This document shows positions 14,882 through 29,100 of a DNA stretch of 64,000 nucleotides, in pieces. The DNA comes from Eledone cirrhosa. Taxonomy: Eukaryota. The number at the start of each line of letters is the position of its first letter. Position 1 is the stretch's first letter. Below the pieces are notes generated by a model. The model did not search any database. It was given only the letters and a program-made list of their open reading frames with translations, and was not told the origin of the DNA. Position numbers and translations under genes: made by a program. The stretch covers positions 341,620,001 to 341,684,000 of the forward strand of contig OZ024743.1 in NCBI GenBank assembly GCA_964016885.1. Reading direction: 5' to 3'.

Positions 14882-17800
14882 ATATATTCACATATATATC
14901 GCTATTTCAGAGCATTTATTCCAATTTCTAATTTCTGCCGGACCGGCAGCCGCTCTTTCAAACCAGTTCCTGTACACAGCTAAGTATTCTATAAGTCTCT
15001 AGCTGTGTCATTCTCGATAAAAGCACTGGATATGTAGTCCTGATGATTTCTAACAAGAATGAAACGCGTAGATTACTTCCCTTGCTTTTATCGAGAATCT
15101 AATTGTAATACGTGACGTATTCTATTCTATAGCGATTAGGTCTTCAAAATGTTTATTATAAACATACAGAATATTTTCGAATATTCTATGTCTATATTCA
15201 CATATATATCGCTATTTCAGAGCATTTATTCCAATTTCTAATTTCTGCCGGACCGGCAGCCGCTCTTTCAAACCAGTTCCTGTACACAGCTAAGTATTCT
15301 ATAAGTCTCTAGCTGTGTCATTCTCGATAAAAGCACTGGATATGTAGTCCTGATGATTTCTAACAAGAATGAAACGCGTAGATTACTTCCCTTGCTTTTA
15401 TCGAGAATCTAATTGTAATACGTGACGTATTCTATTCTATAGCGATTAGGTCTTCAAAATGTTTATTATAAACATACAGAATATTTTCGAATATTCTATG
15501 TCTATATTCACATATATATCGCTATTTCAGAGCATTTATTCCAATTTCTAATTTCTGCCGGACCGGCAGCCGCTCTTTCAAACCAGTTCCTGTACACAGC
15601 TAAGTATTCTATAAGTCTCTAGCTGTGTCATTCTCGATAAAAGCACTGGATATGTAGTCCTGATGATTTCTAACAAGAATGAAACGCGTAGATTACTTCC
15701 CTTGCTTTTATCGAGAATCTAATTGTAATACGTGACGTATTCTATTCTATAGCGATTAGGTCTTCAAAATGTTTATTATAAACATACAGAATATTTTCGA
15801 ATATTCTATGTCTATATTCACATATATATCGCTATTTCAGAGCATTTATTCCAATTTCTAATTTCTGCCGGACCGGCAGCCGCTCTTTCAAACCAGTTCC
15901 TGTACACAGCTAAGTATTCTATAAGTCTCTAGCTGTGTCATTCTCGATAAAAGCACTGGATATGTAGTCCTGATGATTTCTAACAAGAATGAAACGCGTA
16001 GATTACTTCCCTTGCTTTTATCGAGAATCTAATTGTAATACGTGACGTATTCTATTCTATAGCGATTAGGTCTTCAAAATGTTTATTATAAACATACAGA
16101 ATATTTTCGAATATTCTATGTCTATATTCACATATATATCGCTATTTCAGAGCATTTATTCCAATTTCTAATTTCTGCCGGACCGGCAGCCGCTCTTTCA
16201 AACCAGTTCCTGTACACAGCTAAGTATTCTATAAGTCTCTAGCTGTGTCATTCTCGATAAAAGCACTGGATATGTAGTCCTGATGATTTCTAACAAGAAT
16301 GAAACGCGTAGATTACTTCCCTTGCTTTTATCGAGAATCTAATTGTAATACGTGACGTATTCTATTCTATAGCGATTAGGTCTTCAAAATGTTTATTATA
16401 AACATACAGAATATTTTCGAATATTCTATGTCTATATTCACATATATATCGCTATTTCAGAGCATTTATTCCAATTTCTAATTTCTGCCGGACCGGCAGC
16501 CGCTCTTTCAAACCAGTTCCTGTACACAGCTAAGTATTCTATAAGTCTCTAGCTGTGTCATTCTCGATAAAAGCACTGGATATGTAGTCCTGATGATTTC
16601 TAACAAGAATGAAACGCGTAGATTACTTCCCTTGCTTTTATCGAGAATCTAATTGTAATACGTGACGTATTCTATTCTATAGCGATTAGGTCTTCAAAAT
16701 GTTTATTATAAACATACAGAATATTTTCGAATATTCTATGTCTATATTCACATATATATCGCTATTTCAGAGCATTTATTCCAATTTCTAATTTCTGCCG
16801 GACCGGCAGCCGCTCTTTCAAACCAGTTCCTGTACACAGCTAAGTATTCTATAAGTCTCTAGCTGTGTCATTCTCGATAAAAGCACTGGATATGTAGTCC
16901 TGATGATTTCTAACAAGAATGAAACGCGTAGATTACTTCCCTTGCTTTTATCGAGAATCTAATTGTAATACGTGACGTATTCTATTCTATAGCGATTAGG
17001 TCTTCAAAATGTTTATTATAAACATACAGAATATTTTCGAATATTCTATGTCTATATTCACATATATATCGCTATTTCAGAGCATTTATTCCAATTTCTA
17101 ATTTCTGCCGGACCGGCAGCCGCTCTTTCAAACCAGTTCCTGTACACAGCTAAGTATTCTATAAGTCTCTAGCTGTGTCATTCTCGATAAAAGCACTGGA
17201 TATGTAGTCCTGATGATTTCTAACAAGAATGAAACGCGTAGATTACTTCCCTTGCTTTTATCGAGAATCTAATTGTAATACGTGACGTATTCTATTCTAT
17301 AGCGATTAGGTCTTCAAAATGTTTATTATAAACATACAGAATATTTTCGAATATTCTATGTCTATATTCACATATATATCGCTATTTCAGAGCATTTATT
17401 CCAATTTCTAATTTCTGCCGGACCGGCAGCCGCTCTTTCAAACCAGTTCCTGTACACAGCTAAGTATTCTATAAGTCTCTAGCTGTGTCATTCTCGATAA
17501 AAGCACTGGATATGTAGTCCTGATGATTTCTAACAAGAATGAAACGCGTAGATTACTTCCCTTGCTTTTATCGAGAATCTAATTGTAATACGTGACGTAT
17601 TCTATTCTATAGCGATTAGGTCTTCAAAATGTTTATTATAAACATACAGAATATTTTCGAATATTCTATGTCTATATTCACATATATATCGCTATTTCAG
17701 AGCATTTATTCCAATTTCTAATTTCTGCCGGACCGGCAGCCGCTCTTTCAAACCAGTTCCTGTACACAGCTAAGTATTCTATAAGTCTCTAGCTGTGTCA

Positions 17801-20800
17801 TTCTCGATAAAAGCACTGGATATGTAGTCCTGATGATTTCTAACAAGAATGAAACGCGTAGATTACTTCCCTTGCTTTTATCGAGAATCTAATTGTAATA
17901 CGTGACGTATTCTATTCTATAGCGATTAGGTCTTCAAAATGTTTATTATAAACATACAGAATATTTTCGAATATTCTATGTCTATATTCACATATATATC
18001 GCTATTTCAGAGCATTTATTCCAATTTCTAATTTCTGCCGGACCGGCAGCCGCTCTTTCAAACCAGTTCCTGTACATAGCTAAGTATTCTATAAGTCTCT
18101 AGCTGTGTCATTCTCGATAAAAGCACTGGATATGTAGTCCTGATGATTTCTAACAAGAATGAAACGCGTAGATTACTTCCCTTGCTTTTATCGAGAATCT
18201 AATTGTAATACGTGACGTATTCTATTCTATAGCGATTAGGTCTTCAAAATGTTTATTATAAACATACAGAATATTTTCGAATATTCTATGTCTATATTCA
18301 CATATATATCGCTATTTCAGAGCATTTATTCCAATTTCTAATTTCTGCCGGACCGGCAGCCGCTCTTTCAAACCAGTTCCTGTACACAGCTAAGTATTCT
18401 ATAAGTCTCTAGCTGTGTCATTCTCGATAAAAGCACTGGATATGTAGTCCTGATGATTTCTAACAAGAATGAAACGCGTAGATTACTTCCCTTGCTTTTA
18501 TCGAGAATCTAATTGTAATACGTGACGTATTCTATTCTATAGCGATTAGGTCTTCAAAATGTTTATTATAAACATACAGAATATTTTCGAATATTCTATG
18601 TCTATATTCACATATATATCGCTATTTCAGAGCATTTATTCCAATTTCTAATTTCTGCCGGACCGGCAGCCGCTCTTTCAAACCAGTTCCTGTACACAGC
18701 TAAGTATTCTATAAGTCTCTAGCTGTGTCATTCTCGATAAAAGCACTGGATATGTAGTCCTGATGATTTCTAACAAGAATGAAACGCGTAGATTACTTCC
18801 CTTGCTTTTATCGAGAATCTAATTGTAATACGTGACGTATTCTATTCTATAGCGATTAGGTCTTCAAAATGTTTATTATAAACATACAGAATATTTTCGA
18901 ATATTCTATGTCTATATTCACATATATATCGCTATTTCAGAGCATTTATTCCAATTTCTAATTTCTGCCGGACCGGCAGCCGCTCTTTCAAACCAGTTCC
19001 TGTACACAGCTAAGTATTCTATAAGTCTCTAGCTGTGTCATTCTCGATAAAAGCACTGGATATGTAGTCCTGATGATTTCTAACAAGAATGAAACGCGTA
19101 GATTACTTCCCTTGCTTTTATCGAGAATCTAATTGTAATACGTGACGTATTCTATTCTATAGCGATTAGGTCTTCAAAATGTTTATTATAAACATACAGA
19201 ATATTTTCGAATATTCTATGTCTATATTCACATATATATCGCTATTTCAGAGCATTTATTCCAATTTCTAATTTCTGCCGGACCGGCAGCCGCTCTTTCA
19301 AACCAGTTCCTGTACACAGCTAAGTATTCTATAAGTCTCTAGCTGTGTCATTCTCGATAAAAGCACTGGATATGTAGTCCTGATGATTTCTAACAAGAAT
19401 GAAACGCGTAGATTACTTCCCTTGCTTTTATCGAGAATCTAATTGTAATACGTGACGTATTCTATTCTATAGCGATTAGGTCTTCAAAATGTTTATTATA
19501 AACATACAGAATATTTTCGAATATTCTATGTCTATATTCACATATATATCGCTATTTCAGAGCATTTATTCCAATTTATAATTTCTGCCGGACCGGCAGC
19601 CGCTCTTTCAAACCAGTTCCTGTACACAGCTAAGTATTCTATAAGTCTCTAGCTGTGTCATTCTCGATAAAAGCACTGGATATGTAGTCCTGATGATTTC
19701 TAACAAGAATGAAACGCGTAGATTACTTCCCTTGCTTTTATCGAGAATCTAATTGTAATACGTGACGTATTCTATTCTATAGCGATTAGGTCTTCAAAAT
19801 GTTTATTATAAACATACAGAATATTTTCGAATATTCTATGTCTATATTCACATATATATCGCTATTTCAGAGCATTTATTCCAATTTCTAATTTCTGCCG
19901 GACCGGCAGCCGCTCTTTCAAACCAGTTCCTGTACACAGCTAAGTATTCTATAAGTCTCTAGCTGTGTCATTCTCGATAAAAGCACTGGATATGTAGTCC
20001 TGATGATTTCTAACAAGAATGAAACGCGTAGATTACTTCCCTTGCTTTTATCGAGAATCTAATTGTAATACGTGACGTATTCTATTCTATAGCGATTAGG
20101 TCTTCAAAATGTTTATTATAAACATACAGAATATTTTCGAATATTCTATGTCTATATTCACATATATATCGCTATTTCAGAGCATTTATTCCAATTTCTA
20201 ATTTCTGCCGGACCGGCAGCCGCTCTTTCAAACCAGTTCCTGTACATAGCTAAGTATTCTATAAGTCTCTAGCTGTGTCATTCTCGATAAAAGCACTGGA
20301 TATGTAGTCCTGATGATTTCTAACAAGAATGAAACGCGTAGATTACTTCCCTTGCTTTTATCGAGAATCTAATTGTAATACGTGACGTATTCTATTCTAT
20401 AGCGATTAGGTCTTCAAAATGTTTATTATAAACATACAGAATATTTTCGAATATTCTATGTCTATATTCACATATATATCGCTATTTCAGAGCATTTATT
20501 CCAATTTCTAATTTCTGCCGGACCGGCAGCCGCTCTTTCAAACCAGTTCCTGTACACAGCTAAGTATTCTATAAGTCTCTAGCTGTGTCATTCTCGATAA
20601 AAGCACTGGATATGTAGTCCTGATGATTTCTAACAAGAATGAAACGCGTAGATTACTTCCCTTGCTTTTATCGAGAATCTAATTGTAATACGTGACGTAT
20701 TCTATTCTATAGCGATTAGGTCTTCAAAATGTTTATTATAAACATACAGAATATTTTCGAATATTCTATGTCTATATTCACATATATATCGCTATTTCAG

Positions 20801-21429
20801 AGCATTTATTCCAATTTCTAATTTCTGCCGGACCGGCAGCCGCTCTTTCAAACCAGTTCCTGTACACAGCTAAGTATTCTATAAGTCTCTAGCTGTGTCA
20901 TTCTCGATAAAAGCACTGGATATGTAGTCCTGATGATTTCTAACAAGAATGAAACGCGTAGATTACTTCCCTTGCTTTTATCGAGAATCTAATTGTAATA
21001 CGTGACGTATTCTATTCTATAGCGATTAGGTCTTCAAAATGTTTATTATAAACATACAGAATATTTTCGAATATTCTATGTCTATATTCACATATATATC
21101 GCTATTTCAGAGCATTTACTCCAATTTCTAATTTCTGCCGGACCGGCAGCCGCTCTTTCAAACCAGTTCCTGTACACAGCTAAGTATTCTATAAGTCTCT
21201 AGCTGTGTCATTCTCGATAAAAGCACTGGATATGTAGTCCTGATGATTTCTAACAAGAATGAAACGCGTAGATTACTTCCCTTGCTTTTATCGAGAATCT
21301 AATTGTAATACGTGACGTATTCTATTCTATAGCGATTAGGTCTTCAAAATGTTTATTATAAACATACAGAATATTTTCGAATATTCTATGTCTATATTCA
21401 CATATATATCGCTATTTCAGAGCATTTAT

Positions 21430-21434
<5 letters not shown>
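14882..21434 (+). repeat. 21 tandem 310-bp HHR-bearing units plus partial unit (retrozyme-like array, family A)
   Basis: Exact 310-bp period (catatatatcgc at 14891, 15201 ... 21401); only 4 substitutions noticed; ends in (TA)n. Confidence 0.97.
15034..15076 (+). ncRNA. Minimal type I hammerhead ribozyme (first of 21 plus-strand copies; last at 21234-21276)
   Basis: GTAGTC-CTGATGA-T[TTCT-AACA-AGAA]T-GAAA-CGCG-TA|GATTAC. Stem I GUAGUC/GAUUAC is extended by ATTCTCGATAAAAGCA/TGCTTTTATCGAGAAT. Palindromic ACGCGU stem III; predicted cleavage after GUA at 15070. Confidence 0.9.
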
Positions 21435-22619
<1,185 letters not shown>

Positions 22620-22892
22620 GATTAGAATGAAACGAAATTTCATTTCTGACTCTTAGTACGGCACTTACTTAATTGTAAGTATGTATGTGTACGTACATAC
22701 ATATATGTATACAGACGTACAGTAGCATGTATATATATACATACAGGCACACATATATATATGCACGTATCAGTTTACCGAACATTTATTATAATGCTCG
22801 GTTTGTTTGTTTGTAAACAAACAAACAGCCTGAATTACGCCGTACAGTGTTTAGGCAACCACGTCACCTTTTTGTTCAACACTGACACAGGA

Positions 22893-22935
22893 ACGATGTA
22901 CTAGTTTCAAGCTTATTAGCTATCGTCAGCACCGT
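22893..22935 (-). ncRNA. Minimal type I hammerhead ribozyme (family B)
   Basis: Minus strand ACGGTG-CTGACGA-T[AGCT-AATA-AGCT]T-GAAA-CTAG-TA|CATCGT; palindromic ACUAGU. Confidence 0.88.
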
Positions 22936-23334
22936 ATACCTTTCTGCCAGATGGTTGAACGTCCGAAAGTATATACTTTCCTTATGAAAATTAACGGCTG
23001 AGCAGCCTAATTTGCATATCGAGTGAGTTCAGTCGGCCAGGCGCACCGAAAACGATATATGGAATAGAATGAAACGAAATTTCATTTCTCACTCTTAGTA
23101 CGGCACTTACTTAAATGTAAGTATGTATGTATACGTACATACATATATGTATACAGACGTACAGTAGCATGTATATATATACATACAGGCACACATATAT
23201 ATATGCACGTATCAGTTTACCGAACATTTATTATAATGCTCGGTTTGTTCGTTTGTAAACAAACAAACAGCCTGAATTACGCCGTACAGTGTTTAGGCAA
23301 CCACGTCACCTTTTTGTTCAACACTGACACAGGA

Positions 23335-23377
23335 ACGATGTACTAGTTTCAAGCTTATTAGCTATCGTCAGCACCGT
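23335..23377 (-). ncRNA. Minimal type I hammerhead ribozyme (family B, second copy)
   Basis: Same sequence as 22893-22935. Confidence 0.88.
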
Positions 23378-23813
23378 ATACCTTTCTGCCAGATGGTTGA
23401 ACATCCGAAAGTATATACTTTCCTTATGAAAATTAACGGCTGAGCAGCCTAATTTTCATATCGAGTGAGTTCAGTCGGCCAGGCGCCCCGAAAACGATAA
23501 ATGGAATAGAATGAAACGAAACTTCATTTCTCACTCTTAGTACGGCACTTACTTAAATGTAAGTACGTATATGTACATACATATATGTATACAGACGTAC
23601 AGTAGCATGTATATATATACATACAGGCACACATATATATATGCACGTATCAGTTTACCGAACATTTATTATAATGCTCGGTTTGTTCGTTTGTAAACTG
23701 ATACGTGCATATATATATGTGTGCCTGTATGTATATATATACATGCTACTGTACGTCTGTATACATATATGTATGTACGTATACATAGATACTTACATTT
23801 ATATATATATACG

Positions 23814-23844
<31 letters not shown>

Positions 23845-23860
23845 CCTTCAGTCAGACCTA

Positions 23861-23920
<60 letters not shown>

Positions 23921-23922
<2 letters not shown>

Positions 23923-24508
23923 CTAGAAATTGATTAACATATATATAAACATGAATAATCACAGGAGATAATTTTTACAAACGTGTAACACATAAATAAA
24001 GTTGACTAGAACTTCAAAAATAGATACCTTTTAATATGATTAATCTTCCCTCTATATATTCCATTAAAGAAATATATTTCACCAATTAATCAGATGGTAA
24101 GTCACGGTAGTGGATATTTTGGGATTATCAACAAGGAAGACAAATTACAGCAATCCATGCTTACACAGCGTGTTCAAATCTGCAACTGGTCGCTACCGCG
24201 TGTTGTGTTTACACACCACAGCAGCTTCATCTCAGTAGCGTGAATAGGTATTCGACAACTAGAAACAGCAGTTGATTCCCTTCAACAGAGTTAGCTCTAC
24301 AATTAAGGAGCCGTATTTATATATCTATATCCAAAATTAAGATAAATTAAATGAATTTAATCCAAATCAAAATTATGGGTGTCATGCCATAACGGCGTGC
24401 GCCATATCGCCCGGAAAATAAGCTCAAAGATTCTATCGAGTAGGTCCGAACATTTTATAATAACTAGAAATTGAGTAACATATATATAAACATGAATAAT
24501 CACAGGGG
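23921..24508 (+). repeat. Diverged family D unit
   Basis: Homologous to the 61981-63497 units; start motif aactagaaattga recurs at about 24462. Confidence 0.8.
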
Positions 24509-25445
24509 ATTACTTAATGAGAATGGAGAAGCGAACCATAATATATTCCTAGTTCTATTTCTTCTTTTGTTTTCCGAATTATTGTAAGGTTTTCTATTAT
24601 AGTTGTTAAAATTATAGTTACTTGTCATAATATTACTATCAATGTATTTAATTTTATTGCTATATCCAGCTCTACCTAACGCTTCGTTATAATATTGCGT
24701 TTTGTATTCAAAAATATTCTTATTAGCTGAAATTCTAGAAATACGTTGCTGCACAGAGTTTACTATAGTGTTTTTAACGGATCTGGGGTGATTTGAATTA
24801 AAATTAACGTAGTTTAAGTTCTCGTTTATTTTGTGAAATGGATAATAAAAACCTGTGTTAAGGTTTAAAGTTACATCTAGAAAGTTAACTATTTTATAAT
24901 TATTCTCTATTTCTACTTTAAGATTAAGGTAATTAAAAAATTGTATAATTTCTTTTCACATTTATTTCACAGTTATTATTATTTTCTATAAGTAATAGCA
25001 TATCGTCGCGATATAAACCTCCGGTCATCTCCGGTATTTTTCTACGTAGAGTATTATTAAGATAAAGCCCCACAAGATCCGTTACCTGGGCGGAATCCGA
25101 TGACCCCATAGTGATATCGAAATTATTATCTCTGTCTGCTCTAGTCCAGAGGTGGTTCTTAAATTAAATTAATGTTTTCCGTTTAAGATAATGCGCATTT
25201 CATTACTAGTTAATTCTGTATGTTTAAATGCATATGTTAGGGCTTTGTTAAGTAGATTAGGAGTGATGGCTGAGTAATAATTAGCAATATCCAATTGAAT
25301 AAACTTATTATTATAGTTATATTTAATGTCTTTAAACCAGTCGATAACTTCATTAGTCCCTTTCCACAATTTTAAATAAGATAATTCTTTAATTTGTGGT
25401 ATGATTCTTGCTAAGTATTCCAACGTCCGACTTAGATGGTGCAAT
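24500..25445 (-). pseudogene. Penelope-like reverse transcriptase fragment
   Basis: LWKGTNEVIDWFK..FIQLDIANYYSAIT, MGSSDSAQVTDLVG, YRDD, NFLDVTLNLN, SNHP, YNEALGRAGY, RNILWF; frameshifted. Confidence 0.88.
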
Positions 25446-25812
25446 TAATCTAACTGATAATATTCATATTATATATATATTGGCAACATGACCCTCCCAA
25501 ATTATAACAAGTATAATCTGCTACCAAGATGAAAACTACTATGAAATCCCCCACTGAATTTTATACTTGAATTTTCAAATCTCAAATTTTAACTCTTCTT
25601 ATTATTAATTTTTCTTAATATTAATCAACATTTGAAAAGATGGCTTTTGCAGACCCATCGAAACCGGTCATTTTTTATACCCTTTATTATTTCCTTACCT
25701 TATAAAATTATATGTTTTTTCACAAAAAAGTATTCTGTCTCTTATATATTCCATGTGCCATTACCAACCTCAATTTTCTCTATAACCTTCGTTTTGTGTA
25801 GAAACTTACACT

Positions 25813-25853
<41 letters not shown>

Positions 25854-26144
25854 AAAAAAAAGGAAAAGAATGACATCACTTGTAGTTTAAAACAATTTGA
25901 TTTCATTTTATAATATTATTATTTGGTAGATTTACCAAATCCTAATATAAAATTAAATCAAATTGTTTAAAACTACAGGTGAAATCATTCTTTCCCTTTT
26001 TTCAAATAAACCTAACTGTACCAAGAATTTCACACATTTTCCAATATATACATATATCTATATATTTTTACACAATTGTATGTAAAATCCCCGGCATGTG
26101 TCTTTGTTTCGTCCCCTTTTCTTGTGCGCCCTTGTGGCAAATAA

Positions 26145-26187
<43 letters not shown>

Positions 26188-26190
<3 letters not shown>

Positions 26191-29100
26191 CGGAGGAGTT
26201 GTGGTAAGGAACCAGACGGACCATAACGCACCAGAGTTCTCAATACTTAGGGTAGTAAAGTGGGTAATAGGAGAAAGTATGACCCCGACGGCAGAGGTCA
26301 AGCCGTTTCGACAGCTATTTCTGGACTAAAATAAGAGTTTTTTTAGTCTGGTAAATAAATAGCCGAACTTTTCCTTATATGGAAATATTGTATTTGTCAA
26401 GGGGATTTGTCAAAATTTGTAGCTGACACAGAAAAGTCTATCATGACAGTGGGTGCGGGGTGGCGATGGCTGAACTTGCCTGTAGAACGATAGAGGAGTG
26501 GGTAGAGCCGGTCAAGCGTAGAAGCTGAAATCTACACGGCAAATTCAAAGGAGGTTGGCGAAAAATGGTATCTTTAGAAAGTGGAGGAGGGACGTTATAG
26601 AGATAGTAAATCAAAAGCGATTAGGGGACAAAGAAAAAATATAATAAAAAAGAATATAATAAAAAAAAAAATGAAAGAAATATGTAACAGAGAGTAAGAT
26701 TGGAAGTTAGAAGTGAAAAAAGGAGTCTAACACAGGTGCTAAATTTTGGCCAAAGCCACAGAATGAGTTGTTAGATGAGAATAATTGAAAAATTCTACAC
26801 GGCAAATTCAAAGGAATGTGTATGAAAAGGCCAGAGGAGATTGGCGAAAAATGGTATCTTTAGAAAGTGGAGGAGTGACGTTATAGAGATAGTAAATCAA
26901 AAGCGATTAGGGGACAAATAAAAAATATAATAAAAAATAATATAATAAAAAAATAATAATAATAGATGCTCCTTAGGGCCGCCTTCGACTTTGCTGAAAC
27001 ACTCGTGCCCATCACCGACCAGAAAAGAAATATCATTCTCCACGCCAGGAAGACAGTCCTACTTTTCGACTCCAAGTGGATAAAGAGAGCTCCTGACTCC
27101 CTCTTCGACGTCAGCATGGGCGCGACCGATTCGGCCGAGGTCACCGATCTTATAGGGGTGCTCCTACTACTTAAACTCACGGAAATGTTTCCTGCATTCG
27201 GCGGTAGATTGTACCGAGACGATGGGCTTCTTACCCTTAAAGGGTACAACCCCAGTAGTACAGACCGGGTCCGTAAACAATTTATCAACTTTTTCCGGGA
27301 CTGGAGATTTAAAATCACCCTACAAACGTCCCTAATCCGAGTAAATTTCCTGGACGTTACCCTCAACCTCGGAAAATGACCTGTACTACCCATACAGGAA
27401 ACAAAACGACAACCTGCACTACATCCACCGCCGCTCTAACCATCCTAGAAACATCACCAATAATCTGGTTAAAAACCTCTCCCTCCCCATATCTCGTTTG
27501 TCCGCTAATGAGCAGATATTCGACGAACATGCACCTCATTATAACCAGGCCCTCAAGCGGAGTGGCTTCTGGGAGGAATTATCCTTTTATCTAGCTTTCC
27601 TTAGGGGAACCAGCAGGCGACGCCGCCGCTCACGCCACATAACGTGGTTCAATCCTCCCTACAATCCCGAGGTGGCAACACCTATCGGGAAAATCTTATT
27701 TAGGCTCCTCGAAAAACACTTTCCACCACAACACCGCTACCAAAACATATTCAACAAAAACACTATAAAGCTATCCTACAGCACCACACCCAACTTCGCA
27801 CAAAACATCGTCTCCTAAAACAACAAAAAACGCCACCCCTATGGAAGAAACAACGTTGAAATTAGTGGAGAGCCGACCAGGATGTGTAACTGCCCTGATG
27901 GATCTACGTGCCCCCTCAACAACAGATGCCGAGAACGTTACGTGATCTACCAGTGCAACGTGAGGACGGACACCTTCAACAAAGTTTATATAGGATTAAC
28001 CGCTTGTGACTTTAAGACCCGGTTCTACCAACACCGACATACGTTCCGGAACCCGGTCCGGCGACATGCCACCACACTTTCGCGCCATATCTGGGACTTC
28101 CAAGATAATAATATAACTTACCATCTTACTTGGAGCTTACTGTCCAGAGCTAACTCTTACACAGGAGGACGCCGTTCGTGTAATTTATGCTCGGAGGAAA
28201 CATTACAAATGCTGTTTACGAAGGATCAACTCCTAGACAAAAAAGACGAACTGATAACTGCATACAAACACAGATTGCGGAAGACTTACCTCACCCTCAA
28301 ACCCCCTAACGATCCAAGTGGGTAGACTAGGGATGAAACACCCCACTTGCCGAATAAGATAGGGTAAACCCCTACTGATATAGGTAGATGTACCTCTTTT
28401 CTTTTCCTCCATGTTTTCTTCTTCCTTTTGTCTCCCCTATAACTTCTTTCCACCACCGAACTTCTTCCTTGTTCGTTTCTTTGTTTTTTTCCCCTTTAGC
28501 CTACCCCGAGGCTGCCCATCGGGCATCTTTAGCCTCAGTACCGCCACCCCAGTAACTTAAAGATAGATTTCGCTGATTACGCTATACTAACTATTCACAG
28601 CAGCGGTGTTAGACCCCAGATATGTGGTATTAATTTTTAATACTAAATTATTAATACTAAATTTTTCAATTATTCTCATCTAGCAACTCATTCTGTGGCT
28701 TTGGTCGAAATATAACAGCTGTGTTAGACTCCTTTTTTCACTTCTCACTTTCCAATCTTACTTTCTGTTACATATTTCTCTCATTTTTTTTAAAGTTATA
28801 TTTTTTCTTTTCCCCTAATCGCTTTTGATTTACTATTTCTATAACGTCCCTCCTCCCTTTCTAAAGATACCATTTGTCGCTAACCTCCTCTGGCCTTTTC
28901 ATACACATTCCTTTGAATTTGCTGTGTAGATTTCACCTTCTACGCTTGACCGGCTCTACCCACTCCCCTATCGATCTTCAGCGATTCCCACCCCACATCC
29001 ATTGCCATGATAGACTTTTCTGTGTCAGCTACAAATTTTGACCCATCCACTTCACAACTACAATATTTCCATATAAGGAAGTACCCTTGAAAATTTCGGC

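Larger units (their letters stand above)
22622..23800 (-). repeat. Family B: about 2.4 tandem 442-bp HHR-bearing units plus short inverted arm
   Basis: Period 442 bp (HHRs at 22893 and 23335); inverted tail 23697-23800; flanked by (TA)n. Confidence 0.9.

Noticed and set aside
14798-14983. 61-aa ORF at the array inversion point
   Set aside because: Arises only from the palindromic junction
13641-21434. CRISPR array or tandem snRNA/5S/SL RNA gene cluster
   Set aside because: Units are identical with no variable spacers, the context is eukaryotic, and I recognise no 5S, U snRNA or tRNA sequence. The HHR explains the unit.
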